DNA of 64,000 bases from Mobula hypostoma. Taxonomy: Eukaryota. This document shows, one piece after another, positions 38,365-50,987 of the stretch. The stretch covers positions 7,564,001-7,628,000 of the forward strand of contig NC_086097.1 of NCBI RefSeq assembly GCF_963921235.1, read 5' to 3'. The notes below the pieces were generated by a model. The model saw only the letters and a list, made by a program, of their open reading frames with translations. It did not search any database and had not been told where the DNA came from. The translations under genes were made by a program, and so were the position numbers. Positions within the stretch are counted from its first letter, which is position 1. Each line of letters starts with the position of its first letter.

Positions 38365-38830
38365 TTTTGTCTGCTGGCTTTTAGGGCAACAATGAAGGTC
38401 TGTCTGTCCTTGGCCATCTTCTCTATTGTTCCCAGGTGTAGTTCAATTTTTTTCTGTGGTGTTCAGGACTTCCTTCATCATGCCAGTGGCTTCCTTCAGA
38501 AGCTTTCTCTCGATTTTTACTATTATCAGTCATGCAAGTCCTCGGTGGAGACCAGGAATACCATTACACTCAGATTTAGAAGGATTCTTCATTGCTGTTT
38601 CTGTATCAATTTCATTTTTCACCAGTCAGGATTGTTAGCCCTGAGCTGAACCACAGAACCTTCAGGACCTGTGGACCACTGTTAGTTTGGTCTCTACCCT
38701 TTGATCCGTTTGGCATGCTTGACCCTACCATGCCAAAGCATGAAGTGCTGAAACCAGCCAGTGTAGCTCTCTGGGTTATTGAGACCCACAAGCCTCCAAG
38801 CTACGACAAAGTCGTGGTCCTCCTGGAGGA
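38365..38830 (-). mobile_element. Probable bipartite RTE-derived non-autonomous element
   Basis: RTE-like terminal sequence joined to a 5' UTR-like block; single copy in the window. Confidence 0.4.
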
Positions 38831-39259
38831 TATTTAATAGTTTTAAAATAATAATCCCTTGTGTGAAGGACAATGAATCAAAAGCTCAAATTTAAGATTA
38901 CAGAGAACTGCAAATATCAAGGCAGATATCAGGAAGGTTCAGAGAATTGATGGAGTGTATGATAGGCCCAAAGATTCAATGTTTAACTGGAAGAAACTGT
39001 GACTCGTTCAGGACTAAACTTTGAAGTCAAAGTAAAAATTTAATTCATTGTCATACATTCATGGATACATAGGTACAATAAAAGCCTATTTGCAGAAAGC
39101 ATCACAAGCCCATAGGATCAGATACAAACATTCCCAAGACAAATATAAATTAGACACAAATTATAGATGATTTTTACGAGAAAGAACACAAAGTCCATTG
39201 TAAATCATAGTTGTCAAAGCAGTCATACCGTTTCTATATTGAGATAGTGATGAGGGTTA

Positions 39260-39956
39260 AACATACATAGAAAACATAGAAAATAGGTGCAGGAGTAGGC
39301 CATTCGGCCCTTCGAGCCTGCACCGCCATTTATTATGATCATGGCTGATCATCCAACTCAGAACCCAGCCTTCCCTCCATACCCCCTGACCCCTGTAGCC
39401 ACAAGGGCCATATCTAACTTCCTTTTAAACATAGCTAATGAACTGGCCTCAACAGTTTGCTGTGGCAGAGAATTCCACAGATTCACCACTCTCTGTGTGA
39501 AGAAGTTTTTCCTAACCTCGGTCCTAAAAGGCTTCCCCTCTATCCTCAAACTGTGACCCCTCGTTCTAGACCTCCCCAACATCGGGAACAATCTTCCTGC
39601 ATCTAGCCTGTCCAATCCCTTTAGGATCTTATACGTTTCAATCAGATCCCCCCTCAATCTTCTAAATTCCAACGAGTACAAGCCCAGTTCATCCAGTCTT
39701 TCTTCATATGAAAGACCTGCCATCCCAGGAATCAATCTGGTGAACCTTCTTTGTACTCCCTCTATGGCAAAGATGTCTTTCCTCAGATTAGGGGACCAAA
39801 ACTGCACACAATACTCCAGGTGTGGTCTCACCAAGGCCTTGTACAACTGCAGTAGTACCTCCCTGCTCCTGTACTCGAATCCTCTCGCTATAAATGCCAG
39901 CATACCGTTCGCCTTTTTCACCGCCTGCTGTACCTGCATGCCCACTTTCAATGACT
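39260..39956 (-). mobile_element. Young CR1 3' fragment, near-identical to 24697-25400
   Basis: Uninterrupted ORF to the stop codon; inserted into a Rex-type 3' UTR. Confidence 0.92.
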
Positions 39957-40359
39957 GTTGTACTGGTTGGTTCAAGAACCAAACAATTGAAGGAAAGTAA
40001 CTGTTCTTGAACCTGGTGGTGTCAGACTTCAGGTTTCTGTACCTCAAGCCCAATGATAGCTGTGAGAAGATCGCATGGCCCAGATGCTGGGCATTTCCAA
40101 GAAGCTTCTTGAGAATAGGCGAGAGTGAAAAGGTTGTGAGAGATTAGTGAGGAAGAGATCTGAAATTTCAGGTAATCTGATGCCCAGTAATTGCACAATT
40201 TATCTAAAGAACTGTTTGTAGATGAAAGAAAAGAAGAGAGCATAGGATAAGTTCCATCAAGTCATTTCCATCATTTGATCATGCCTGATTTATTATTCCC
40301 CTCAACACTAGTCTCTTTCTTTTATTTATTTATTGAGATACCGTGCAGAATAAACCATT

Positions 40360-40592
40360 GCAACACACATCAAAGTTGCTGGTGAACGCAGCAGGCCAAG
40401 CAGCATCTCTAGGAAGAGGTACAATTGACGTTTTGGTCTGAGACCCTTCGTCAGGACTAACGGACGAAGGGTCTCGGCCCGAAACGTCGACTGTACCTCT
40501 TCCTAGAGATGCTGCCTGGCCTGCTGCATTCACCAGCAACTTTGATGTGTGTTGCTTGAATTTCCAGCATCTGCAGAATTCCTTGTGTTTGC
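40360..40592. mobile_element. Penelope-derived fold-back insertion
   Basis: ~95-bp inverted arms; 13-bp TSD agaa(t/c)aaaccatt at 40347-40359 and 40593-40605; interrupts a tRNA-SINE tail. Confidence 0.85.
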
Positions 40593-41289
40593 AGAACAAA
40601 CCATTCCAGCCTTTCGAGCTGTACTGCCCAGCAATCACCAAATTTAACCCTAGCCTAATCATGGGACAATTTACAATGTCCAATTAACCTACCAACCGAT
40701 ACGGACTTGATGTCCTTACTAATCAAGACCCAATCTATCTCCTTTTTTGACATACCCAATGACTTGACCTCCACAGCCATCCATGGCAATGAATTCCATG
40801 AATTCATCACCATCTGGGCTGAAGAGAAACATTTGCCCATTCAATAAACTGAATAATCTCCCTGACAGGCAAATATGCACTAATGTGCATCCCCTAATGT
40901 ATCAATATACTACATTTTTTGGCACTCTTTCCTGGGCAAGTGAACATTATTCAGAAGTATGATCCACCTCTTTTTGTTTTTGAGAGTTAATATCTGTTTT
41001 AATTGCAGCTTCTCCACTAAATGCTTCAAGATAAATCAATGCAGTTCTATTCAGTTATTCCTTCTAATTTTCATTCTGCCAAATTGAAAAAGAGAAAGTC
41101 TTTGAGGTCCTTGCATTCGCAGCAGTCCTTTATCACTTATTAGAACACCAGATCTATCATCCACACATGCAAGACATTCTCTTTGTCATCCCTTGTTTTT
41201 GTGTTCATCTTTTATAATGAATCCTTCCTCATAAAATCATTATTATCATCTACACTACAAAATTCCTATGGGTTTTGACAAGTCGATGT

Positions 41290-42700
41290 TATGATGAAGG
41301 AGAAGGTGCCTGGTAAGCGGAAAAGTTTGAAGGTAAATAAATCACTTGGACCAGATGGACTACATCCCAGGGCTCTGAAAGATGTGGCTGAAGAGATTGG
41401 GGATGCATTAGTAATAATCTTTCAAAAATTATTAGATTCCGGAATGGTTCCAGAGGACTGGAAAATTACTAGTATCACTCCACTTTTTAAGAAGGAAGAG
41501 AGGCAAAAGACAGGAAATTATAGACCAATTAGCCCGACATCAGTGGTGCGTAAGATGTTGGAGCCTATTATTAAGGAGAAGGTTTTGGGGTACTTGATAA
41601 AATAGGCTGTAGTCAGCATTGTTTCTTTCAGGGGAAATTTTGCATGACAAATATGTTGGAATTAATTGAGGAAATAACTAGCAGGATGGACAAGGGAGAA
41701 CTGGTGGATATTGTGTACATGGATTTTTGGAAGGCCGTACACAAAGCGCCACACATGAGGCTGCTTAACAAGATAAAGGCCATGGTATTACAACAGCGAT
41801 ACAACATGAACAGAGGATTAGCTGACTGGCAGGAGGCAACGAATAGGAATAAAAGTGGTCTTCTCTGGTTGGCTGCTGATGACAGTGTTGTGACGGCTTC
41901 AATAATTTGGATGTCTGAATTGATAACTTTGTGGTCAAATTTGAGGATAATACAAAGATAGGTGGAGGGTCAGGTAGTGTTAAGGAAACAGAGTCTACGG
42001 AAGGACTTTGGCATAGACTATTTTCTAAACGTGGATAAAATTCAGAAATCAGAGGTGCAAAGGGACTTGGGAGTTCTTATGCAGGATTCTCTAAAGGTTA
42101 ACATGCAATTTGAGTTACTGGGTTGAAGTCAAATGCAATGATAACATTGATTTTGGTGGGATTTGAATATAAAAACAAGAATGTATTGCTGAAGCTTGAG
42201 AAGGCATTTGTCAGACTGTAATTGGATTATTTCCAGCCCCTTATCTAAGAAAAGATGTGCTGGCATTGGAGAAGGTTCAGAGAAAGTTTGTGAGAATGAT
42301 TCTGGGCATGAAGGATTTAATGAATGAGGAGCATTTGAATGTTCTGGGTCTGTACTTGGTGGGGTGTAGAAGAACCAATGGGGATCTTATTGAAACCCTT
42401 GTGGATGTGCAGAGGGTGCTTCTTATAGTGGAGGAGACTAGGACCAGAGGGCACAAATTCAGACATCCACTTAAAACAGAGAGATGAGGAGGAATTTCTT
42501 TAGCCAGAGGGTCGGGCATCTGTTTGGATATATTTAAGGCAGAAGATGATAGATTCTTGATTAGTCATAGCATAAAGGGATATGGGGAGAAGGCAGTAGA
42601 TTGGGGCTGAGAGGAAAAATAGATCAGCCACGATGAAATGGCAAAGCAGACTCGATGGGCCAAATGGCCTAATTCTGTTCCGATATATTATGGTCTTACT
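41290..42700 (+). mobile_element. Decayed CR1 ORF2 fragment
   Basis: KSLGPDGLHPR, NYRPIS, YMDFWKA; CR1 3' UTR. Confidence 0.82.
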
Positions 42701-42736
42701 GTGGCATAGACCACCGACAACAACTCGGCAGAATCC

Positions 42737-43130
42737 CCTAACCTGCTGAGTTCCTCTAGCATTTTATGTATGTTGCTCTGGATTTCCAGAACCCCTTGTG
42801 TTTATAACATAAAATGCTAGAGGAACTCAGCAGGTTAGGCAGTACCCATGGAGGGGAATATTCAACGTTTCAGGCCAAGACTCTTCATCTGGACTGGAAA
42901 GGAAGGGGGAAGATGGAAGAATAAAAAAGTGGGGGAGGGAAGGAGGACTAGCTCGAAGGTCCTACTTCTCAGGTAAACTGCAAGTTATTTTATTCATTGT
43001 AAACCCAAATTTGGTTAAGACGTGATGGGCAGGTAAGGAGAAAAGGAGACAGAGAGCCAGGAATGGGGAATAGTGAAGGAGACGGGTGGCAGCAATTATC
43101 AGAAGCTTGAGAAAAATCAACATTCATGCC
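42737..43130 (-). mobile_element. Penelope-like 3' UTR fragment with a tail-to-tail inverted pLTR piece
   Basis: Similar to 28970-29370; perfect 33-bp inverted repeat 42737-42769 / 42807-42839. Confidence 0.7.
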
Positions 43131-44390
43131 TGACAAACCTACTGAAATTCTTTGAGGAAATTACAGGCAGGGTAGACAAAGGAGATGCAGTAGACGTGGT
43201 GTACTTGGGTTTTCAGAATGCATTTGACAAGGTTTTGCACATGAGGCTGCTTAGAAGATAAGAGCACTTGGAACTACAGGGGAGTTACTAACATGGGTGG
43301 AGCATTGGCTGATCAGCAGAAAACAAGAGAATGGGAATACAGTGATCCTATTCCGGCTGACTGCTGGTTACCAGTGGAGTTCCACAGGGGTCGGTGTTGG
43401 GACAACTGCTTTTTATGATGTATGTCAATGATTTGGACTATGGTATTAATGGATTTGTAGCTAAATTTGTTGATGATACAAAGATAGTTTGAGGAGCGGG
43501 AAGTGTTGAGGAAACAGACAGCCTGAAGAGAGACTTAGCTAGTTTGGGGGAATGGGCAAGGAAGTGGCAAATGAAATACAATGTTGGAAAGTGTATGGTC
43601 ATGCACTTTGGTGGAAGAAATAAATAGACAGACTATTATTTAGATGGGGAGAGAATTCAAAATGCAGAGATGGAAAGGGAGCTAGCAGTCCTTGTGCAGG
43701 ATACCCTAAAGGTTAACCTCCAGTTTGAGTCGGTTGTGAAGAAGGCAACTACAATGTGGCATTCACTTCTAGAGGTATAGAATATAAGAGCAGGGATGTG
43801 ATGTTGAGGCTCTGTAAGGCACTTATGAGACCACTCTTGGAGTACTGTGTGCGGTTTGGGGCTCCTTATTTTAGAAAGGATATATTGACATTGGAGAGGG
43901 GTCAGAGAAGATTCACAAGAATGATTCCAAGATTGAAAGGGTTACCATATGAGGAACATCTGGCATCTCTTGGGCTGTATTCCTTGGAGTTCAGGAGAAT
44001 GAGGGTGGATCTCATAGAAACATTTCAATTGTTAGAAGGCTTGAACAGATTAGATATGGCTATGATAGGGGATTCTAAGACAAGGGGGTACGACTTCAGG
44101 ATTGAAGGACGTCCATTTAGAACAGAGATACAGAGAAATTACTTTAGTCAGAGGGTGGTAAATCTGTGGAATTCGTTGCCACGAGCAGCTGTGGAGACCA
44201 AGTCACTGGGTGTATTTAAGGCAGAGAAAGATAGGTTCTTGATTAGCCAGGGCAGCAAAAGGTATGGGGAGAAGGCAGAGGAGTAGGGATGACTGGAAGA
44301 ATTGGATCAGCCCATGATTGAATGGCGGAGCAGACTTAATGGGTTGAATGGCCTTCTTCTGCTCCTATATCTTATGATCTTATGGTCTAA
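43122..44390 (+). mobile_element. CR1 ORF2 3' fragment
   Basis: SCLTNLLKFFEE...AFDKV; ORF 43756..44286; tcttatg tail. Confidence 0.85.
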
Positions 44391-44897
44391 CTGTTGGGTG
44401 GCTACGCGGATGGAATGAAAGGTGTTTCTCCTCCAACCTGAATGTGGCCTCACCCAGGCAGTGAAAGTCAATGAATAGAACAAGTTGGAATTCAAAATAA
44501 GATTTTATTCAGTTAAACTACACCAGTCTCAAAACTCAACTTAAACTCAGACTCTCAGAATGAAGTTAAATGGTTTACCCCAGAACAATTAAGTCCTTGA
44601 CAGGGATAGTGACCCATCAGTCAGTATCCGCCTGGGGCTGGTTTCAGTTGACCACTAGCTTCTGACTGTTTTGGCTCACTGTAACAATTTGATTCATAGC
44701 AATACTTGGATTGTAAAATTTTCTGATGTGGTTGCTTTTCGATGTTGTTATTAATTCATTCTTACCAGTGGCATGATTAGTCTTGCATGAACTCATGGAG
44801 AGAGGTGGCAGTGTACTCTGCAAGTACTTTACCATCACAAAGGCATAGCAGCTATGGAAAACAAGTGTTGGCATTTGCCACAGTACAGAAAGAAGTA

Positions 44898-45630
44898 AAA
44901 ACTGAGATGCAAGGGGACTGGGGAGTCCTTGTGCAGGATTCTCTGAAGGTTAATTTGCAGGTTAAGTCTGTGGTGAGGAACACAAATGCAATGCTAGCAT
45001 TCATTTCAATTGGGCTGGAATATGAAAACAAGGAGGTAATGTTGAAACTTTATAAAGCTCTGGTGAGGCCTCACTTGGAGTATTGTGAGCAGGTTTGGGC
45101 CCTTGATCTTAGAACGGATGTGCTGAAACTGGAGAGGGTTCAAAGGAGGTTCACAAAAATGATTCCAGGATTGAATGGCTTGTCACATGAAGGGCTTCTG
45201 ATGGCTCTTGGCCCGTATTCACTAGAATTCCGAAGAAATGAGTGGTGACCTCATTGAAACCTACTGAATGGTGAAAAGCCTTGACGGAGTGGTTGTGGAG
45301 AGGATGTTTCCTATAGTGGGAGAGTCCAAGACCAGAGGACACAGCCTCAGAAAGACAGGTGTCTTTTGAGAATGGAAATGAGGAGGAATTTCTTTAGTCA
45401 GAGGACGGTGAATCTGTGGGATTCTTTGCCACAGGTAGTTGTGGAGGCCAGGTCTTTATATATATTCAAAGCAGAAGTTGACAGATTCTTTATTGATTCT
45501 GGCATAAAGGGATATGGGGAGAAGGCAGGAGATTGGAGTTGACAGGAAAATTATATCAGCCATTATGAAATGGTAGAACAGACTCGATAGGCCAAATGGC
45601 CTAATTCTGCTCCTACATCTTATGGCCTTA
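44898..45630 (+). mobile_element. CR1 3' fragment
   Basis: LVRPHLEYCEQVWA; tcttatgg tail. Confidence 0.83.
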
Positions 45631-46159
45631 AGTAAGTTAAGTTTTTCATCTGTCTCTCTCCCTGTCCCATGATGCTTCTGGAGGATGGTACTGGAGTCTT
45701 GGGTCTTGGGCAAGGTTTAATCAGTTTGTGATTGGACTCTGCAGTTCATGTTATGATGGGTTTCTGGTTACTCCTTTTTGTTGCTATTTTGTAGGAACGG
45801 ACTGGCTCTATGGCCTGTAGTCAACAAATGATGCAATGTTGGATTAAATTGAACTGAGCTGAACTGTATATTCCAAGCTGTTTTGATGACTTGTGGTTTG
45901 ATATTTTATTTTCTGTGTTTTTTGCTCATTTTTTGATGTTGTTTGTGTGATTTGTTCTTTTCATATTGGGGGATTTTGATGTTTTTATTTGAATGGGTTC
46001 CATGGTTTCTTTGTTTGGTGGCTGTGGGAAGACAAATCTCAGAGTGTATACTGCATACATACTTTGGCAATAAATGTACTTCGAAAGTTTGAATCGTTTC
46101 TGCAGGTTGAGTTATTGATTATAATACTATTTAGCATGATTCAAAGACAATATTCATAG

Positions 46160-46800
46160 TCATAGAGTCATAGAAAAGTACAGCAGACACAGGTCCTTTG
46201 GCCCATCTAGTCTATACTGAATCATTTAAACTACCTACTCCCGTCGACCTGCCTTGGGGACCATAGCTCTCTATACTCCTACCATCCACGAACCTATCCA
46301 AACCTCTTTTAGATATATTTCCTGATATCACTGCAGCTTACATTAGTTTAAAGCAAGTTCAGCTAAAAATGGAGCTTTTTAAAAAAACTCAATAGGTTAT
46401 GCCTTTTATTCCTTGGAACGTAGAACACTGGAGATTTGATGGAGATATACAATATTATGAGTGGTATAGATAGGGTAAATTCAAACAGACTTTTTCGACT
46501 GAAGTTGATGGGACTACAACTAGAGGTAATGGGTTAAGGCTGAAAGGTGAAAAGTTTAAGTGGAACATAAGGGGAAACCCTTTCACTCAGAGGGTCGTGA
46601 GAGTGAGGAACAGGTTGCCAGAAAAGCTGGTGCATGCAAGCTTGATTTTCAACATTTAAGAGAGGTTTGGATAGGTATAAATATGGTACGGGTATGGAGG
46701 GCAATGGTCCCCAATGCAGATCAATGGCAGTAGGCAGTTTAAATGATTCCGCAAGGCCTAGATGGGTGAAAGGCCCTGTTTTTGTGCTGTACATTTCCAT
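46160..46800. mobile_element. Two CR1 3' ends of one subfamily in opposite orientation (46160-46310 minus; 46390-46800 plus)
   Basis: catagaaaagtacagca...catttaaact mirrored by agtttaaatga...tgtgctgtac. Confidence 0.7.
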
Positions 46801-47689
46801 GAAAAGCTTGGAGAGATGATGACAGTCAGTGAGCATCTCCAAAATCTTTCCTGAATCAGAAAGTGGAACAACTGATAAAAGTCTTTTCACCTGGATGCTT
46901 CAGAAATCAATAGCAGAAAGCTTTTATGATTTTTTATTAATGATACATAAATATATTTAAGATGATAAAATCATGAAGTTGGTGCATAGCTTACCCAGTT
47001 TTGTTCTTTTCATTAATTTTTTCTGCCTTTTTCTTCCCATTCCATCAATGCTTCATTAGCCGATTGTCAATCTTTTTACTTGTAGTTCTTTGTTCGCTGT
47101 GATTCAGTGCGTAAAACTTCTGCATCAGAAGGCTCTAAGTTCAAGTCCCATTCAAGTGACATGAGCACAAACATCTGGGCTGATATTTCAGAGTAATTCT
47201 GAATGTTGTTTTCTTTCTTTTCATTGTTGGCATGATTTGTTTTTTTTGTGCGCATTGGGTCTTTGATAGTCTTTTTTAATTGGTAATATTGGATTTCTCT
47301 GTTTTGTGGCTGCCTTTAAGGAGACAAATCTTAAGGTTGTATGTAGTATAGATTCTTTGATAATAAATGTACTTTGAACTAATAAGAGAACGCTTTGCCA
47401 TCTTGCAGATAAGTTATTGAACGGAGACCCCTAATAACTTTCTCAGATAGACATGAAGAGGATATCAGGAGCTTTGTGAAGTTCAAATTCAAGTTCAAGT
47501 TTCTTGTTGTTCCAATTATATACATGTTATCGACAAATTTAAAAAAAAAATGTTCCTCTGGGCCAAGGTGCACCACATAGTACATATAATTCACACACAA
47601 CACATAAAGTAATATTCCAACAAATAAATTTATAAAATAATGTGCATTTACAACACACGATAAAAAGCTGGAATTCAATTGTAAACAAG

Positions 47690-47912
47690 GTGGGAGAGCA
47701 GAAACCTGAATGGACGAGGACTAACGAATCAGGAAGGACGGACAAGGAGGGTATAAATACAACGAGACTAGATATGCCCAGCATCATTCCTGAAAAAGAT
47801 GGCAGAGTTTGTCATGAAAAACATCAGTTTTAATCGACACCTGTTCCCAGCTTGATGTCCGAAACAGGTTTATTCATCATATATACCGGGAAAGCACTAG
47901 ATCTATTTTCTG
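47690..47912 (+). mobile_element. Solo Penelope-type pLTR of a third family
   Basis: gggtataaatac TATA-like box, then cctgaaaaa-gatggcagagtttgtcat-gaaaacatc, a decayed hammerhead with an intact stem II. Confidence 0.5.
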
Positions 47913-48711
47913 TAAATCACTTACGAAACGCCAATAGTATTGAGACCTGGGTGGGGGCAGTAGTCTCAGGGAATAGGAATAGGCTTTCCAGCACCTCGAG
48001 CCACGCCACCCAACAGCCCCCAATTTAACCTTACCCTAAACACGGGTCAACTTACGATGACCAATTAACCTACTAACTGGTATGGCTTTGGACTGTGGGA
48101 GGAAACTGGAACACCCAGAAAAAAATTACGCTTTCCATGGAGAGAACATACAAACTCCTCACAGATGATGCTGGACTTGAACTCTGAAATCCAATGCCCT
48201 GAGTTTTAATTGCATTGTGATATAAAAGGTATCATAGACATATATGTTTTCTTTGAATATTTCTAAAGTTTTTGAAGAAAATGTACTTTATCTTTTCAAC
48301 AAGCACCAAATACATTGTTTGATGGCAAGAAGGCCCCTCCTGATTAAATCCTTTGCACATAGTAGGAGACTCACCACAATAAGACAATATCCTCAATGTG
48401 GCTATAGTGGGAATTGAACTGTCATCCACCTCATTCTGGACTGCATGTTTGTCAAAATAAAGGTTGAAAGGATATTTTTGATTTTTTATTGAGGTTCACC
48501 CCAAGGAGCTGTACAGCACAAGGTTTTGTGCTCTGAGGGCTGTTCCCAGGGACACACACTGAAACAAATGTCATCATATGCTCGAAGATCATTAAATTAG
48601 TAAAAGATGCATTTTGAACCATCAAAACCTTGATGGCCTTCCAATAAAAGGAAATGTTCACAATGGATAGTTCAAGACTGCTTGTTGAGAAACACAAATG
48701 AATCTCAGTAC

Positions 48712-48900
48712 ACTCACGAGATTCTTCAAATGCTGGAAACATACAAAATGCTGGAGGAACTCAACAGGACAGGCAGCATCTATGGAAAGAAATAGACAGC
48801 CAATGCATCAGGACTCTGAAGAACGATCTCAATGAAGAGTCTCAGCCTGAAATGTTCCATAGATGCTGCCTGAATTTGAGTTGCTCCAGGCCTTTTGCAT
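48712..48900. mobile_element. Penelope-derived fold-back insertion (decayed)
   Basis: aaaatgctggaggaactc...gcagcatctatggaa mirrored by ttccatagatgctgcc...ctccagg. Confidence 0.6.
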
Positions 48901-50987
48901 ATGAAATGTAGTGTAGACACCTCTAAGGCTCTCAGGGGAAAGGCTGTGGTTTAAACCTTTCTCTAGGCACCTAGGAGCTGGAACGTTTTAAAAAGCCTTT
49001 AGACTTTTCACTCAAGTAAAGCTGATGTCTTGTTGAGGTAATATAAAGCTTTTAAGCAAAGGGAAAGGTCAAAGTCAAAGTTGAATTTATTGTCAGGTGC
49101 CGTGGTATATGTACATGTGTGCACAGGTGCAATGAAAAACTTGCTTGCAGCAGCATCACAACAGCGTAGCATTATACAAGAAGCACTTATAAAAAAAACA
49201 CAAATTAAACACAATTTTTACAGGAAAGAAAATAATTCTGCCATCAGCTCTGTTAAGTGACAATGAACCAATGAACACTGTCTCACTATTTTTGCTCTCT
49301 TTTTCCACGACTTATTTAATTTTTAATATATTTCTTGGGGTGGTGGGGTGGAGAAATTTCTCTACCAAAGGATGTGTAAGGCTCCTCCGCTAGACTGCAC
49401 CCTTAGACAAGGTGTAGCAACTGCTGAGCACCCCACCCCACCCTGAACAGGGTCACATGAAGCCACAGGAGCAGATGGTGGATGATCATTTGAGCAGTTG
49501 CTGCATATCACAACTACTGGCTATGCGACCACGGATGCCAGGCAGACAGTCTCTGAAGGGTATTGATCATGGCTGGGGTCACCCGCCTTGTAAAGACACT
49601 GCCCAGAAGAGGGAAATGACAAACCATTCTGTAGAAAAATTTGCCAAGGTGAGACCATGATCACCAACACCATACGACACAACACATAATGATGAAAATG
49701 TGCTTCCTACTGTAATTTGTAGAATACTTTTATGCATTGCACTGTCCCGCTGCTGCAAAACAACAAATTTCATGATATATACCATTGACAATCAGTCTGA
49801 TTCTGATTCTGAGTTAAACAATTAAAGCAAATAAAGAAGTCATTTGCAAAGTGATAAAAGTGGTTGTAGTTTTGCTCAACTCTAGTGATTAAGGTTGTGC
49901 CAGTCGGTTGAAGAACCAAATGGTTGAAGGGAAGTAGCTGTTCTCAAAACTGGTGTTGTGGGACTTCAGGTTTTTATACCTCTGGCGTGATGGTGGCTAC
50001 AAGATGATAGTATGGCCCAGGATGGTGGGGATTTTGATGAGGCAGTGCTTCTGGTAGGAACTACAGATAGTGAGAAGAGATGTAATCTTCTTACATTCCT
50101 GCACATTTGAATATATATTTTATTCTGAATGGTGACATTTTTATTTTACTTCAGTGCGGAGTAGGTCCTTCCGGGTTTTGTGCAGAGCCGCCCCAGCAAC
50201 CCCTGACAAACCTGCTTTACCCTAACCTAATCACAGGACAACTTACACTGACCAATTAACCTAACATTACATCTTTGGGCTGTGGGAGGAAACAGGAGCA
50301 AGCTGTATGTTCATAATATCGTAACACCCCAGACTGTAGCGGTTAGCAGAATGCTATTACAACTCAGGGCATTGGAGTTTGTGGTTCAATTGCCATCTTG
50401 GTTGGTATGGATGAGTAGTTCCAAAAATTATCTTATAAGAGTCTGTGAAGAATTCAGAATGGCTCACGTCACCGGCTCTAAGTGCAAAGTATGAAAGAAA
50501 GATAATTGAGTTTTGATGAAGGGTCTTTGAACTGTGGTCAAATTTGCCCAGTTCATCACTGGCACCAGCCTACCTGGCATTAGGGACATATATACAGAAA
50601 AGGGCCAGTAACATCATGAAGGATCCCACCCACCCTGCTCGTGGACTGTTTGCTTCAATCCCATAAGGGAGGAAGCTGCATAGTATCCACACCAGGACTA
50701 CCAGATTTAAAAACAGTTATGTTCCCCAAGCTGATCAACATTGCCTCCCACTAACCTACCACTTCAAACCTCTGTGGGGTTCTTCTGGGTCCTCTGGTTT
50801 CCTCCCATAGTCCAAAGACACACTGGTTAGTACTTTGATTGGTCTTTGTAAATTTTCCTGTGATTATGCTAGAGTTGAATTCAGGGGTTGCTGGGCTATG
50901 TGACCCAAAGGGCTGGAAGGGTTTGTACCACACTGTATCACAATAATTAAAAATCTATGAATGAAGTAAATTTAAAAAAAACTACTT

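Noticed and set aside
39358..40053. 231-aa chimeric ORF as a novel fusion protein
   Set aside because: Chance in-frame junction of a Rex-type remnant and an inserted CR1 fragment; no evidence of expression
40360..40592. Palindromes as classical DNA-transposon MITEs
   Set aside because: Arms derive from a Penelope pLTR, ends are asymmetric and TSDs are 13-14 bp, which fits retrotransposition rather than cut-and-paste
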